Below are positions 1 to 10,714 of a stretch of 64,000 nt of DNA, piece by piece. Below the pieces are notes generated by a model. That model searched no databases and was not told where the DNA came from. It saw only the letters and a list, made by a program, of their open reading frames with translations. The stretch is taken from positions 123,382 to 187,381 of the forward strand of contig RDEW01000054.1 of the NCBI GenBank assembly GCA_011109175.1, written 5' to 3'. This DNA is from Dicyema japonicum (Eukaryota; Animalia; Dicyemida). The stretch's first letter is position 1, and each line of letters opens with the position of its first letter. The position numbers were made by a program, and so were the translations under genes.

Positions 1-2100
1 ACCGACTATTGGAGACCAAGCAAGTCGTCTTTCATACTCACTCACTTCTCTTATGAACAGGATATTATCTGAACATTTGCCTGATTTGATACGTCATATC
101 TTGTTTTCGGCTAGTCTGATTGCCGTCGACAAGAAGGGAGGTGGAATCCGCCCGATCGCGGTCGGATTCACTTTCAGAAGACTAGCAGCCAAGATTGCTT
201 CCAGATTTTCTACGTCAATCTTGTCAAAATCCTTACTTCCCAGTCAAGTTGGAGTCGAAGTTCGTCTTGGATGTGAGGCAGCCGTTCACTCCGTCAGAAG
301 ATTCAGGAACAGCTGCATTCAAGACTTTAAAAGGCACATTATGGTAAAACTGGACATCAAGAACGCTTTTAACAGCTTAAGAAGAGACTGCATTCTGGAG
401 GCCTGCAAGGAAAGATGTCCGTACATATTTGAACTGGTCAATTGTTCATACGGAAAACCTTCACTATTGCACGGGGATTTCATAGTTCCATCGTCCTCAG
501 GTGTTCAACAGGGCGACCCCCTCGGACCACTGCTGTTCTCCCTCGGCATTGAGAGGATCACGAAGCTCTCTAGATGCCCACTCAACATCTGGTACCTCGA
601 TGACGCTGTCTTAGGAGGTCCCCCGGAAACGGTCTTCCAGGAATTAGAAGTACTCACCCCGCGCTGTTCGAGGTGGGTCTTCAGTTGAATATAACGAAAT
701 GTGAAATAACAAACTGTGGTCTTGCTGACGATGACTTCTCTTCAATTGTTCAAAAATTTTACTCCTTGTTTCCCGGTGGGATTTCGACCCCTGAAAATGA
801 ATTGATTTTTCTTGGATCCCCGATCACTAGTAATGCGATGAAGCATGTCCTCCTTGACAAAAAACGACTCCTATGCGATTCGCTGGAAAGATTACAGCTG
901 CTGGACTTGCACACAGCACTATTCCTATTGAAAAGAAGTCTCAACATCCAGAGAATCTCCTATCTACTAAGGACAGCTCCATATTATTCTCAACTGGAGC
1001 TGCTCGAGAATTTTGATTTGTCTCTCCTCAGCTCGACGGAGCAAATATTTAATGTCCGATTCGACGATGATACATGGATGCAGGCTACACTCCCAGTTAG
1101 ATTCGGGGGTCTTGGAATCCGTCGAACTTTGGACGTCTCACTTCCCGCTCATTTATCATCACTCACGGCCTGCGAACCTTTGGTCAGGAGGATTCTACAC
1201 TCCCCACCCGAATTCTCAACTGACCAAGAGATAATCCACGCACGAGAAGCCTGGAATGCCACCAACCTCCCCCTGCCTCCTTCCCAAGATCGCCAGCGAA
1301 ACCTGGACAACTTATTATGCTGGAAATCATTTGGACTCCTACTGGAATCTGCCAATCAGCACCGACGCGCTTGTTTGCTTTCGGGGGCTTCCCCTGAGAG
1401 CGGAGCTTGGCTAAACGCCATCCCCAATGGAGCTTTGGGCACTTTTCTGGATGATGAATGCGTTAGAACTGGTATCTCTCTGCGGCTGGGACTAAAAGTA
1501 TGTGTACCTCACCCGTGCCGATGTGGCATCCTGATAGACTGCTATGGCCTGCACCCTCTCGCCTGCAGGAGGAGCGCTGGCAGATCCCCAAGGCACAAGG
1601 CTCTGAATGAAATTGTCAGACGAGCTATGGATGCTGCTGGATACTCGGCCATTCTTGAACCGGTCGGGTTATGCAGAAGTGACGGGAAACGACCGGACGG
1701 GATGACCATATTTCCATTTGAGGCCGGGAAACCACTGGTTTGGGATGTGACATGTACAGACACGTTCGTCCAGAAAAATCTTCACGAGAGTGCTACAAGG
1801 GCTTGTTCAGCATCCGTAAAGGCGGAGAAGGCCAAACTCGTTAAATACGTCGACCTTCCCGATGATGTCAAATTTGTTCCCCTTGCTATGGAGACTTCCG
1901 GATCCTACTCCCCCTCTACACTCGAGTTTTTCGGACGTCTTGGAAACCGGATCACCTCATGCACTGGAGATCTCCGTGAACGCCGCTGGCTATTTGAGCG
2001 AATTTCGCTCGCAATTTTGTGAGGGAACAGCCACGCAGTGAGGGCGGCAACTACCTGACTTCTATTGTTTAAAAAAAATAAAAAAAAATAATAATAATAA
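1..2100 (+). mobile_element. CRE-clade non-LTR retrotransposon (RT + restriction-like endonuclease), 3' part with A/TAA-rich tail
   Basis: ORFs 53-688 and 673-2022 join across one frameshift. RT motifs GIRPIAVG, KLDIKNAFNS, QQGDPLGPLLF, WYLDD, then GGLG, a CRCG...HPLAC...RH zinc knuckle and the RPDG...WDVTC REL motif. The true stop is about 2058 (the copy at 27.9 kb reads through the TGA at 2020). Tail AAAAAAAATAAAAAAAAATAATAATAATAA at about 2071-2100. Confidence 0.88.
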
Positions 2101-2575
2101 TTGCAAAAGAAATGATTGTAAAAATTGCATTATAGAACGATGATCGAAATCATTTATTGTAATAAGAAATAAAAATATTCCTGAACATTTTCATGTTTAA
2201 AGTTTCGATTTTAAGTAAGAATTTTCGTCAAAAGAGATATCATCGCATTTTCAACTGAGGCTGAGCTTTTGCAACAATTTCGAAGGTGTGATTAAATTTC
2301 TGGTGAAATATTTTTATTTGAGAAATCAAGAATACTTAGTATCCAGATTTTTAAAGATTTTTTGATATATATTTTTTATATTGCACCGATCAGATGAAAA
2401 TTCTATGGTGTTCAGATCTGCATAAGATTTTTAAATTGAATAATCAAGTAGTTAGGTATTTGAAATCATTTCAATTAAAATCAAATAGTTTTGCTGATTT
2501 CTGTTAAACATGTAAACAAAGCGGGAATATTAACTGATTTTTTGTCCTAAAATAATTAAAAATCGAAACATTTTT
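2101..2575 (-). pseudogene. hAT transposase C-terminal (dimerisation domain) relic
   Basis: Minus strand reads CKSSASVENAMISLLTKILT*NRNFKHENVQEYF, resembling the hAT S-x-VER-x-FS..IL...R....EN motif. The same segment recurs at 27420-27900 (inverted) and 40125-40610. Confidence 0.6.
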
Positions 2576-3615
2576 GATTATTATTCTAGGCACGTACGCG
2601 ATGCCAAGATCATGACAAAGCATGTGCAACACGAAAAGTTAACAATCTAATTAACGTCCCCCATCTTTTTCGATCCGTTGCCATGTTCCGTAGCATATCC
2701 TGAGATCTTCATCTAGAATAACCGGCAGTGTTGTCCTCGGCCGGCCGCGGAAACGAGAAGCTTCTAAGACAAATACTCCTCCATTGCTATGTTGGAAGGG
2801 GTCCCCATATCGTGGCAGAGTATGTGTCCAAAGAGCCATCATCTTGAATCAGTAATCTCACATGATATTGGCTCAGTTCCTGTTCTCTTGTATAAGATTT
2901 CAAACTCCTTCGATATTTTTGTCTTTTGGAGACATCCGATTAATATCTTGTATTTTGAAAGGTCTTCACAAAGTTCTTTTCTTTTCCATGCACTAGAGAG
3001 TTCTTTGACATTGAACGTTAAAAGAGAGAAGTCATTTAGGTTGCAATTTTCGTGTTTTTCAGACATACTTTTCAAGAGGGACGTCACCATTTCAACCTAA
3101 CATTTTTGATTAAAACTCCATTTCCTTCAAATTCAGAGACAAATTTATTAATTTCTGGAAGATTCTGGGAATAATATTTGGCTGCTTTTAGCCAGCTTCT
3201 CCATCTTGTGACAACAATTTAGGGTGGATTTCCTATTTGTGAGAACATTTAACAGCGTCTTTTGTTCTTCACCTTGGCAGCCGTTAGGAAGAAATCAGGT
3301 TGTCTCTGTGAAGTAAGATTTTATTTTTAGAGCACAATTGTGTAACAGATGTGAAACGAAATTATTATGACACTTTCACGAAAGCCATAATGTTTATAGC
3401 CCCGCATGTGCAACACTCAAAGAAACAATATTTATAGTTAGTCTTTTCCATTTTCCTCTGTCGAATGCGAGTGATCTCAATTCGTCCAGGTCGTCCCCCG
3501 TCTTTAGATTTTTTCTCACACGGACGACCTAGATCGACACTTCCGACTGCCTTAAACAAAGACCTAAATCGTGTAAAACACAAGTGACGTGAAAAAAATT
3601 TAGATATAAAAATTT
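2575..3615 (-). mobile_element. Internally deleted RTE-like non-LTR element
   Basis: APE start (ELCEDLSKYKILIGCLQKTK) is fused directly to an RTE-type C-terminus (WWLFGHILCHDMGTPANIA), followed by a short TAATAAT tail at about 2577-2587. Confidence 0.65.
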
Positions 3616-4290
3616 CATTAATGTCCCAGCTAAAATTAGATTTATTCCTACACTTGTCATATATCTTGTTCGGAGCGGAGATTTACCCAATCAGAGTACA
3701 GTCAAACCCCTCTAAACCGATTCCTCTCGAAACCGACAGAATTGTCCGGTATAGAGGGGAGGTCGGTATATTGAACAAGTCATTAAATTTATTTATAACG
3801 AAAAAGTGAAACAGTAAAATTAATAGAAATCTGTCAATAATGATTGCCTCGTATTTAGCTTCAATTCAGCAATCGCTTTATTGTTCAGATAGATCAGTCT
3901 GTTGACTGGATCGAGTAATGAAGGGTCTTGAGTGCAAGCAAAGTGGCAGATTTGGTCTAGCATTTGTTGAACATTTGTGCATGTTAATTTCTCTATATGT
4001 TTTGGCTCTGTTTGCTTATCAGAATCTGAGTCATTGTCATTATCTTCAAAAGCTGAGACTGTTTGGTATTGCTAAACTAGGAATGATTCCAAATCTTTGG
4101 GATTTTCAGTGGGTACTTCCAAGTCTAAATTGACAAATTCTTCTTCTGTCATTGGATTATCGACTAGTCTATTCATGAGGGGTCTGAACAGTAAATTGTT
4201 TTCAGGATTGTCGTTTATATGTCACGAGCCTAGGGTGTTAACGAGCCTAAATTCGCTTATTGAAAATTAATTTATCGCTTGAGATAAATA

Positions 4291-4511
4291 AAGGAAATTA
4301 ATTTTTTTATTAAATAATAACAGCATAGGGAATTAGTGTCTATCAGGGATGTAGTTTCATGCGAGATTTATAATGATGTTCTATCTATGTTTAGTTGTTT
4401 CTCGTGATATACTTATTATTTCTCTATTTAAGTTATTTTGTAACTTCTATTAGTAGAAAATATAATAATTTAATTATGCTGTAATTATTTAATAAAAAAA
4501 TTAATTTCCTT
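4291..4511. mobile_element. AT-rich MITE (about 221 bp), TA-flanked
   Basis: About 37-bp imperfect TIRs AAGGAAATTAATTTTTTTATTAAATAATAACAGCATA / TATGCTGTAATTATTTAATAAAAAAATTAATTTCCTT with TA on both sides. Duplicated at about 25730-25950. Confidence 0.65.
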
Positions 4512-4514
4512 TAA

Positions 4515-5641
4515 TAAGTCGTGTGTGAATTGTGGTTCATCCAGCCACTTTGCAAATTATGGAAGATGCCCAAGGCTGTTGAAGCTAACATAGCGAAGAA
4601 AAACAAAATTGACCAAAAAAGGAAAAATCGAATGGAAAATTATTCTAAAACGAGAAAATGCCCATAATGGAGAAAGTGAAGTTTCCAAAATTGGAACGAA
4701 TAAGAAATTAAAGTCAGAGTTTAGAATGTATGGCAGACTGGATGGAATACCAATAAATAAGAAACCTTCTAAAAAAACAGTAGAAGCTTCAACACAGAGA
4801 AGAGAGTGGCGCTCTTAAGAAGAGAGGGCAGCCACCGAAAAAAACAGAAGTAGTCAGGATAACCCTGATTAATGCCCGTTCTCTTCGGAAACGGGCCTCA
4901 TTGCTGGTTGCTATAGCCATCACGATCCAGATGGAAGTTCTAATTATAAACGAAACTAAATTGAAGAAAAGACCATTTAAAATTGATGGATACGACTCAT
5001 TAGATTTTTTTATTTGTTTTTTTGAAAGACTGGTTCTTGTGCTGGAACAGGAACTTCAATTTACTACAAAACTTCTTTAAATACAAGACTACCCACGATC
5101 AATGAAGAAAATCTTTGTGAACTAGCAAGCATTCAACTACAAATAACCATGTGATGGATAACTATCGGAGGAATCTATTCTTAAAAACTACGAGAGTATC
5201 CATGGATTGTTGACAAATTTATGGAAACAGTGAATATCCAATCCTTGTTGGGGACATTAACGCTAAACATATTGGCTATGGTTGTGTAACAACCAATCAA
5301 GATAGAAAATGCCTTGTAAAATGGATGAAGTCTGGAGAGTTAAAGATTTTAATTCAGTCGAAATTATGGAATTAAACTCGCACATGGATTGGATTTAGCA
5401 TCTGAAATTGATGACGAATACGAAAGAAAAACGAGAAGAATTGGTGATTTATTACATTGATTGTGGAAACTCGCATTGTAATTGGGGCTTTTTACGGAGA
5501 AGAGACATACGGTGTCTCATGAGAGTGCCCCAATATAGACGACCCCAAATCTTGGCTTTCCTCTTTAGTTAATGGCTCTTACCTTGTTTAGTTAGTTGGG
5601 GTTTTGCGAATAAATCATGTTATCTGTTAATTGTTGTTCTT
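4515..5641 (+). mobile_element. LINE copy A (Jockey/R1/I-group-like): gag knuckle end, APE relic and 3' end; RT deleted
   Basis: CVNCGSSSHFANYGRCPK knuckle, APE start ITLINARSLRK...IINETKL, ILVGDINAKH, and the 3' end GGGGTTT...AATAAA...TTAATTGTTGTTCTT shared with LINE copy B. Confidence 0.7.
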
Positions 5642-6450
5642 AGTCGTCTTCTTACTAATTCAGTAATGCCGTACTATCCCATCCGGGAAGGTTATAGTGC
5701 AAGACCCTATATGGGTCGTTCGGATCTGAAAACAGTGTCATTTGGGGAGTTTGGCTGGGGCGGTACATCTGCTAAACGATAACGCAGATGTCCAAAGGTG
5801 AGCTCAGGCGGAACAGAAATCTGCCATGGCGCGAAAGGGTAAAAGCTCGCCTTATTTGCATGTTCAGTACGTATGCAAAACGCGAAAGCGTGGCCTATCG
5901 ATCCTTTTGCTTTTAAAAGCTTTAAGCTAAAGGTGACAGAAAAGTTACCACAGGGATAATTGCTTGTGGCGCCCAAGCGTACATAGCGACGGCGCTTTTT
6001 GATCCTTCGATGTTGGCTCTTCCTATCATTGCGAAGCATAAATCGCAAAGTGTAGGATTGTTCACACTAACAGGGAACGTGAGCTGAGTTTAGACCATCG
6101 TGAGATAGGTTAGTTTTACCCTACTGATTCGGTGTCGTTGCAACAGTAATTCTGCAAATTACGTGAGGAACTGCAGAGTCAGACATTTGGTTCATGCACT
6201 TGACTGAAAAGTCAGTGGTGCGAAGCTATCGTCTGAAAATAATAACTGAACGCCTCTAAGTTAGAATCTTGACTGGAAGCAACGATATTGTGCAGTACTC
6301 TAATATAGCAAGAATATGCTTTTATGACTGCTGTTACCTTGGTGTCGAAAGGTGTCCTAAAAGTAGGCATTATCACCCAGGTGAATTGCATTGAGACTGA
6401 GTACTGTGCTAAATCACATGTAGACGACATTCTAATCACATGTAGACGAC
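5638..6450 (+). rRNA. 28S (LSU) rRNA 3' fragment including the peptidyl-transferase centre; probable pseudogene
   Basis: Conserved LSU blocks GGGGAGTTTGGCTGGGGCGGTACATCTG, CAGAAAAGTTACCACAGGGATAA, GATCCTTCGATGTTGGCTCTTCC, GGATTGTTCAC...GGGAACGTGAGCTG, GAACGCCTCTAAG and CTAAATCACATGTAGACGAC. There is no 5' two-thirds, 18S or 5.8S nearby. A 22-bp tandem duplication lies at the 3' end. Confidence 0.93.
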
Positions 6451-6514
6451 AATCGAAGATTAATTGTTAATTCTAGATATAAATGTTCTCTGTCAGATTA
6501 ATTGTTAATTCTAA

Positions 6515-8900
6515 ACATGGAATTTAACTATTGTTAACATCTTTGATGGGATGGAATCAGCCAGAAGAGCTAGGATTTCTCGTCGACATACTGGCGATTT
6601 TATCCTGGAGTTTAAGAACTTGGAAGACCTTGAAAATTTTAAAAAATCAATGAATAATAGTAATCCTTTTGGATTTGGTAAACATGAGATGGAAGAAGTA
6701 AAATTGCTTCCTTCGACTATAATTCTAAAAAATGTTCCGACATGGATAGAGATGGATGAATTAAAGGATTTTCTTCGCTCAAAGTTGGCAGGAGAGTTCC
6801 TAGCTGAAAGATTTGTACGTTGTGGTGTTAGCTTGCCTATTGTTAAGCTTGTCTTAACAAGCAGGGGAGAAGCAGAATCCATTGTCAGATTGGGATTGAT
6901 TATTGGATTTTTGAAGATAAAAGCGGAATGGTATATAAAACGAGAAATTCAGTGTTTTCGTTGTCAACAGTTTAGACATATTGCTCGGTTTTGCAAGAAC
7001 TTAGAAAAGTGTCTACATTGTTCGGGATCACATAGAAGATCTGAATGTAAAGCATCGCATGATACAAAAAAATGCGTTAATTGTGGGTCGACTACTCATC
7101 TGGCAAATTATTGAGGTTGTCCGAAAGCTTTGGAAAATCGTGAGAAAATGAAGAAAGTTGCTGAAAAGTCAAAAGTCTACAAAAAAGAAGATAAGGAACT
7201 TGCCAAATTCGGAAATAGTCATACTATATCAAAAAAAGCTAAGTCAGCGTTTCTTGATGGTCGAACTTGTTGGAATATTCCAACGGTCAGAAGGCAACAG
7301 TAGAAGCTTCTACTCAGACAGAAGAACCTGTGAAGGGAATGAAAGAAGAAATCTCAACACAGGTCAATGATAATGAATGTCAACTTGATTATTCACAAAC
7401 TTTGGAAAAATTAGAAAAAAGCATTATAGAAGTAACGAAAACAATAAAGGATACGAAGCATTTATTGGATTTGGTGGCGATCCTAAGAGGAGGGATCAGC
7501 CACCAAAAAAATCAGAAGTAATCAGGATAACCCTGATTAATGCCCGCTCTCTTCGGAAGCGGGCTTCAGAGCTGACTGCATTGGTCATATTATATAATTC
7601 TTCTTGGAGTTTTGGTCATGTTCTAGCTTATTGGAAACGAACAATTGTACGCATGGTTGTGAAAAAAGGAAAGCCAAGGTCAAAAGCAGATAGTTATAGG
7701 CCAATTAGCCTAGTCTGCTCAATATCGAAAGTTATGGAAAAAATTGTTTTCAATCGTCTATCAAGGCATGTTGAGGATAATAATTTTCTCTCTGATAATC
7801 AACTGGGATTTCGGCATAAAAAAGGGACTGGAGATTGCTTTAAAGAGCTAAGATCTGCAATCGAAATTTCACGAAATAACAAGGAATTTCTTACAATAGC
7901 ATGTTTGGATATAACAAAAGCGTTTGACAGTGTTTGGCACTTTGGACTTCTTGATACGTTGTCAAAAGCAGAAATTGGGAAAACTGCGTTATTTTGGATA
8001 GAAAACTTTCTTTCAAAAAGAAAGTCATATATACGTGTTGGAAATTTAATTTCAAAGAAAATTGAATTGCGAATAGGAGTTCCACAGAGTTCAATTCTCA
8101 GCCCGCTACTCTTCAATTGCGTAATGAGAGATTTGCCGAAAATAGAGAGCGTAAATAGTCAAATGATTATTTATGCTGATGACATTCTTGTGCTTGATTC
8201 AAGCATGAATAAACAAATTTCATGAAAAGGGTGGAATCCCATATTACTAAGATTGGAAAGTGGTGCCAAAACAATGGGTTGACTCTATCGAGGGAAAAAA
8301 CAACAGTCACTTGGATTGCAAGTAAAAGAAAAAATATTAATCAATGTGTGAATACTGGGGATATAAAAATCTCTGAAACATTGAAGTATCTCGGATTGTT
8401 GATAGATCGAAGAGGATCTTTCAAGGAACATATTAAAACACTAAGAAAGAAAGCTACAGGAATGTTGAAATCTTCAATTCGATTTCATATGGAGCCTGAA
8501 ACTTTTCTTTTTGTGTATTCAGCGTGTGTTGAACCATTCTTGATATATGGTTATCAAGGATGGTTTAGAACAAAAGAAAGTGATGTCTTTGTCAAAAAAT
8601 TGGAAAAGTCCAGAAGATTTGCGATTAAATTGGCATATGGACTGGACTTAAAATCCAATATCGAAGAGGATTATGACCTGAATGTCAGAAAGATAGAAAA
8701 ATTATTACATTACTTATGGAAATGAGATGTAATTTTTGGGGTCCAAACGAAGTAGAGACATGTGGTTTCTCATAAAATGACCCTACACGATGAATACAAA
8801 CCCACTTAATTAGTTTTGGTTCAGGTTTTGGTTTCTTAACAGTAATTAGATTTGGGGTTTGTTAGAAAATAAAATTTGTCTTGTCTTAATTGTTGTTCTT
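6515..8900 (+). mobile_element. LINE copy B (same family as A): ORF1 gag with three CCHC knuckles, APE mostly deleted, RT, 3' UTR
   Basis: ORF 6551-7114 contains CFRCQQFRHIARFC, CLHCSGSHRRSEC and CVNCGSTTH. RT ORFs 7581-8225 and 8222-8725 contain YRPISL, QLGFR, LDITKAFDSVWH, PQ(S/G)SILSPLLF and YADD. The gag-APE junction at about 7490-7560 closely matches 4815-4900. Confidence 0.85.
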
Positions 8901-9589
8901 GGGTCCTGTAAAATTGGTCGTTTAGTAATGGGTTATTCTAAGTCCATAAGTGTAACCACCTAGGCTCGGTAACACCCTAGGCTCGTGACATTTATATCAT
9001 ATATTTTGACTGGAATGCCACACTTATTAAAGCAGAGGGAGATTGTGTTTGATTTCACGTCCATCCAAGATGTGATAATCCACCGAATAGCATCCAAGAG
9101 AGAAATTTTTTGCAAGTGGTGTCGCATTGGTTTCTGTGTCCATTTTGGCAAGAAGTTGAGTCATTCCATACTTCTTTCTGAGAAATTTTTGTGTCGACTT
9201 AGGTGTTTGGTTCGATTCATTTATTATTTGAATTATCTTCTTTAAAGACAATTCACAACGTAATCGTTTTCTTTGCGGAGCTATTATCTTTTAGTTTTTG
9301 ATTTTCTGTCGAGTTGTTCGCAATATATCTCTATCGTTGTTCGCAATTCAAGGTTAAAGACGATTAATAGGATTAGATCAAAGATTGATGTCAGAAGGCC
9401 GGTTTATGATAAAAGAAAATTCAAGTTGGGACCACAAAATACGGACGGTATTCGGAATAGAGGTGATCCGGTATATCGAAGATGAAATATCAGTGATGGC
9501 CTATGAGGTGAATCGAGACCAGAAGTTTAGTCCGGTTTTAAGGGAATTCCGGTATACTGAGGAGTCGGTTTAGAGGGGTTTGACTGTAA

Positions 9590-10120
9590 TTAAAAAATCG
9601 AGTTCCGTTGACTTGAGCTTCAGCACAAACCAGAAAAACATATTCCCCACTATTAAATAACTTCAAAAAATAACATTCATTGATTCTAAATAGTATCTAC
9701 TTTACATTTTGAGATTTCTTTTATATTTGACCTAAATGTTGATTCAGATGCTAATGATGTGTTTCATCTTCAAAAAGGGGTATGAGAGAAGGGTGTCTCA
9801 TTTTGTAAATTGGGATGTTTTTTTCCAAAAATGCTTCTATTACTTTCATAGCCCAAGTTTTCCGAGTATCGGTTATCTCGGAAATGAATTTTTGTGAACT
9901 CTGAGATGGGATGGATTCTACTATAATTTTAAACTCAGAAAAATACTGTACCTTTTCAAATGACTTTTTGTAGAACGATGTGCTCAACAAAAAATTTTGC
10001 ACATCGCACAACAGTCGAGCAATTGGAACAAAATAAATTCCCCTTCCGTTGATAACAAACTCTGAGAATTTTTTTGCATAAAAAGAAATTTTCTGTGAAA
10101 TAGTCCTTTTACCCATACCA
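9590..10120 (-). pseudogene. hAT transposase N-terminal relic, CGGBP1-related type
   Basis: ORF 9751-10116 ends with KVIEAFLEKNIPIYKMRHPSLIPLFE, resembling the A-x-IP-x-x-K-x-x-x-P motif of CGGBP1-like hAT proteins. Confidence 0.5.
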
Positions 10121-10159
10121 GAAAAAAATTATTATTAATAATTATTATTTATTTAACCC

Positions 10160-10690
10160 AAGACCATGGTAAATTGCTGCTGTAGAAAATCCGGAATTTG
10201 TCAAATTCGTCCAAATGTTTCTTCCTGGGTATCGTTTACCCTCTCATCATCAAATTGGTGGTCCATTGCTCGATCGTGTGTACGACCAAATACATAATGA
10301 CTGTCGGCAAAAACTCCAGAACAAGACAGTGTCTATGAGACATTCATGATGAACCTGTTATTTGTGTGTCAGTTGTAACATCGGATGGAGAAAGCTATCT
10401 AATTGACACTGTGGACACCTCTGGATATAGCCACACTGGGGAGTATCTTCAATCTGTTGCTTTAGCTCTGCAAAGTCCGCCGAGCAACAGTTTGGATGTA
10501 AAATCGGGAGTCTTGTAACGACAATGCTGCCAACATGACTAAAATGAAGCAGATAATAATGCAAGATGACGATGAAATTATTACATATGGTTGCTCGGCA
10601 TATTATCTCAACCTTCTCTCAAAGTATGTCGAAGTAGCTGACGTTAAAGAAATTATCGTAAGAATAAATAAATACTTGCCCAAACAGTCT
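10160..10690 (+). pseudogene. Second hAT-type transposase fragment
   Basis: Frameshifted translation VENPEFVKFVQMFLPGYRLPS...LLDRVY...TDNAANM...YGCSAYYLNLL. Confidence 0.7.
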
Positions 10691-10714
10691 CCATCTTGAT
10701 TCAATAATGTCGAT

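Larger units (their letters stand above)
4220..8990. mobile_element. Non-autonomous TIR element with TG...CA ends (Ginger-like termini) enclosing LINE and 28S rRNA sequence
   Basis: 30-bp TIRs TGTCACGAGCCTAGGGTGTTAACGAGCCTA (4220-4249) and TAGGCTCGGTAACACCCTAGGCTCGTGACA (8961-8990). A 6-bp direct repeat TTTATA lies at 4214-4219 and 8991-8996. Removing the element restores the pogo frame (KIYDIN|DNPENN). Confidence 0.85.
3699..9586 (-). mobile_element. pogo/Tigger-like DNA transposon, internally deleted (about 1.1 kb core) and split by a 4.77-kb insertion
   Basis: TIRs CAGTCAAACCCCTCTAAACCGA at 3699-3720 and its reverse complement at 9565-9586, both flanked by TA. Minus-strand remnants KISLLDAIRWIITSWMDVKSNTISLCFNKCG and EEFVNF...TRQSLLTDFY* are typical of pogo transposase C-termini. 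Confidence 0.85.

Noticed and set aside
2101-2575. Spliced-leader RNA or other ncRNA gene as the CRE target (three copies of this segment in the window)
   Set aside because: The minus strand translates to a hAT dimerisation-domain relic and the third copy extends to a TIR-like end; no SL or Sm-site structure was recognisable.
5707-6439. ORFs 5707-6048, 6212-6439 and 24166-24411 as proteins
   Set aside because: These are antisense readings of 28S rRNA.
4220-8990. LTR retrotransposon (TG...CA ends, gag, RT)
   Set aside because: The ends are inverted rather than direct repeats, the RT is non-LTR type, and there is no protease, RNase H or integrase.
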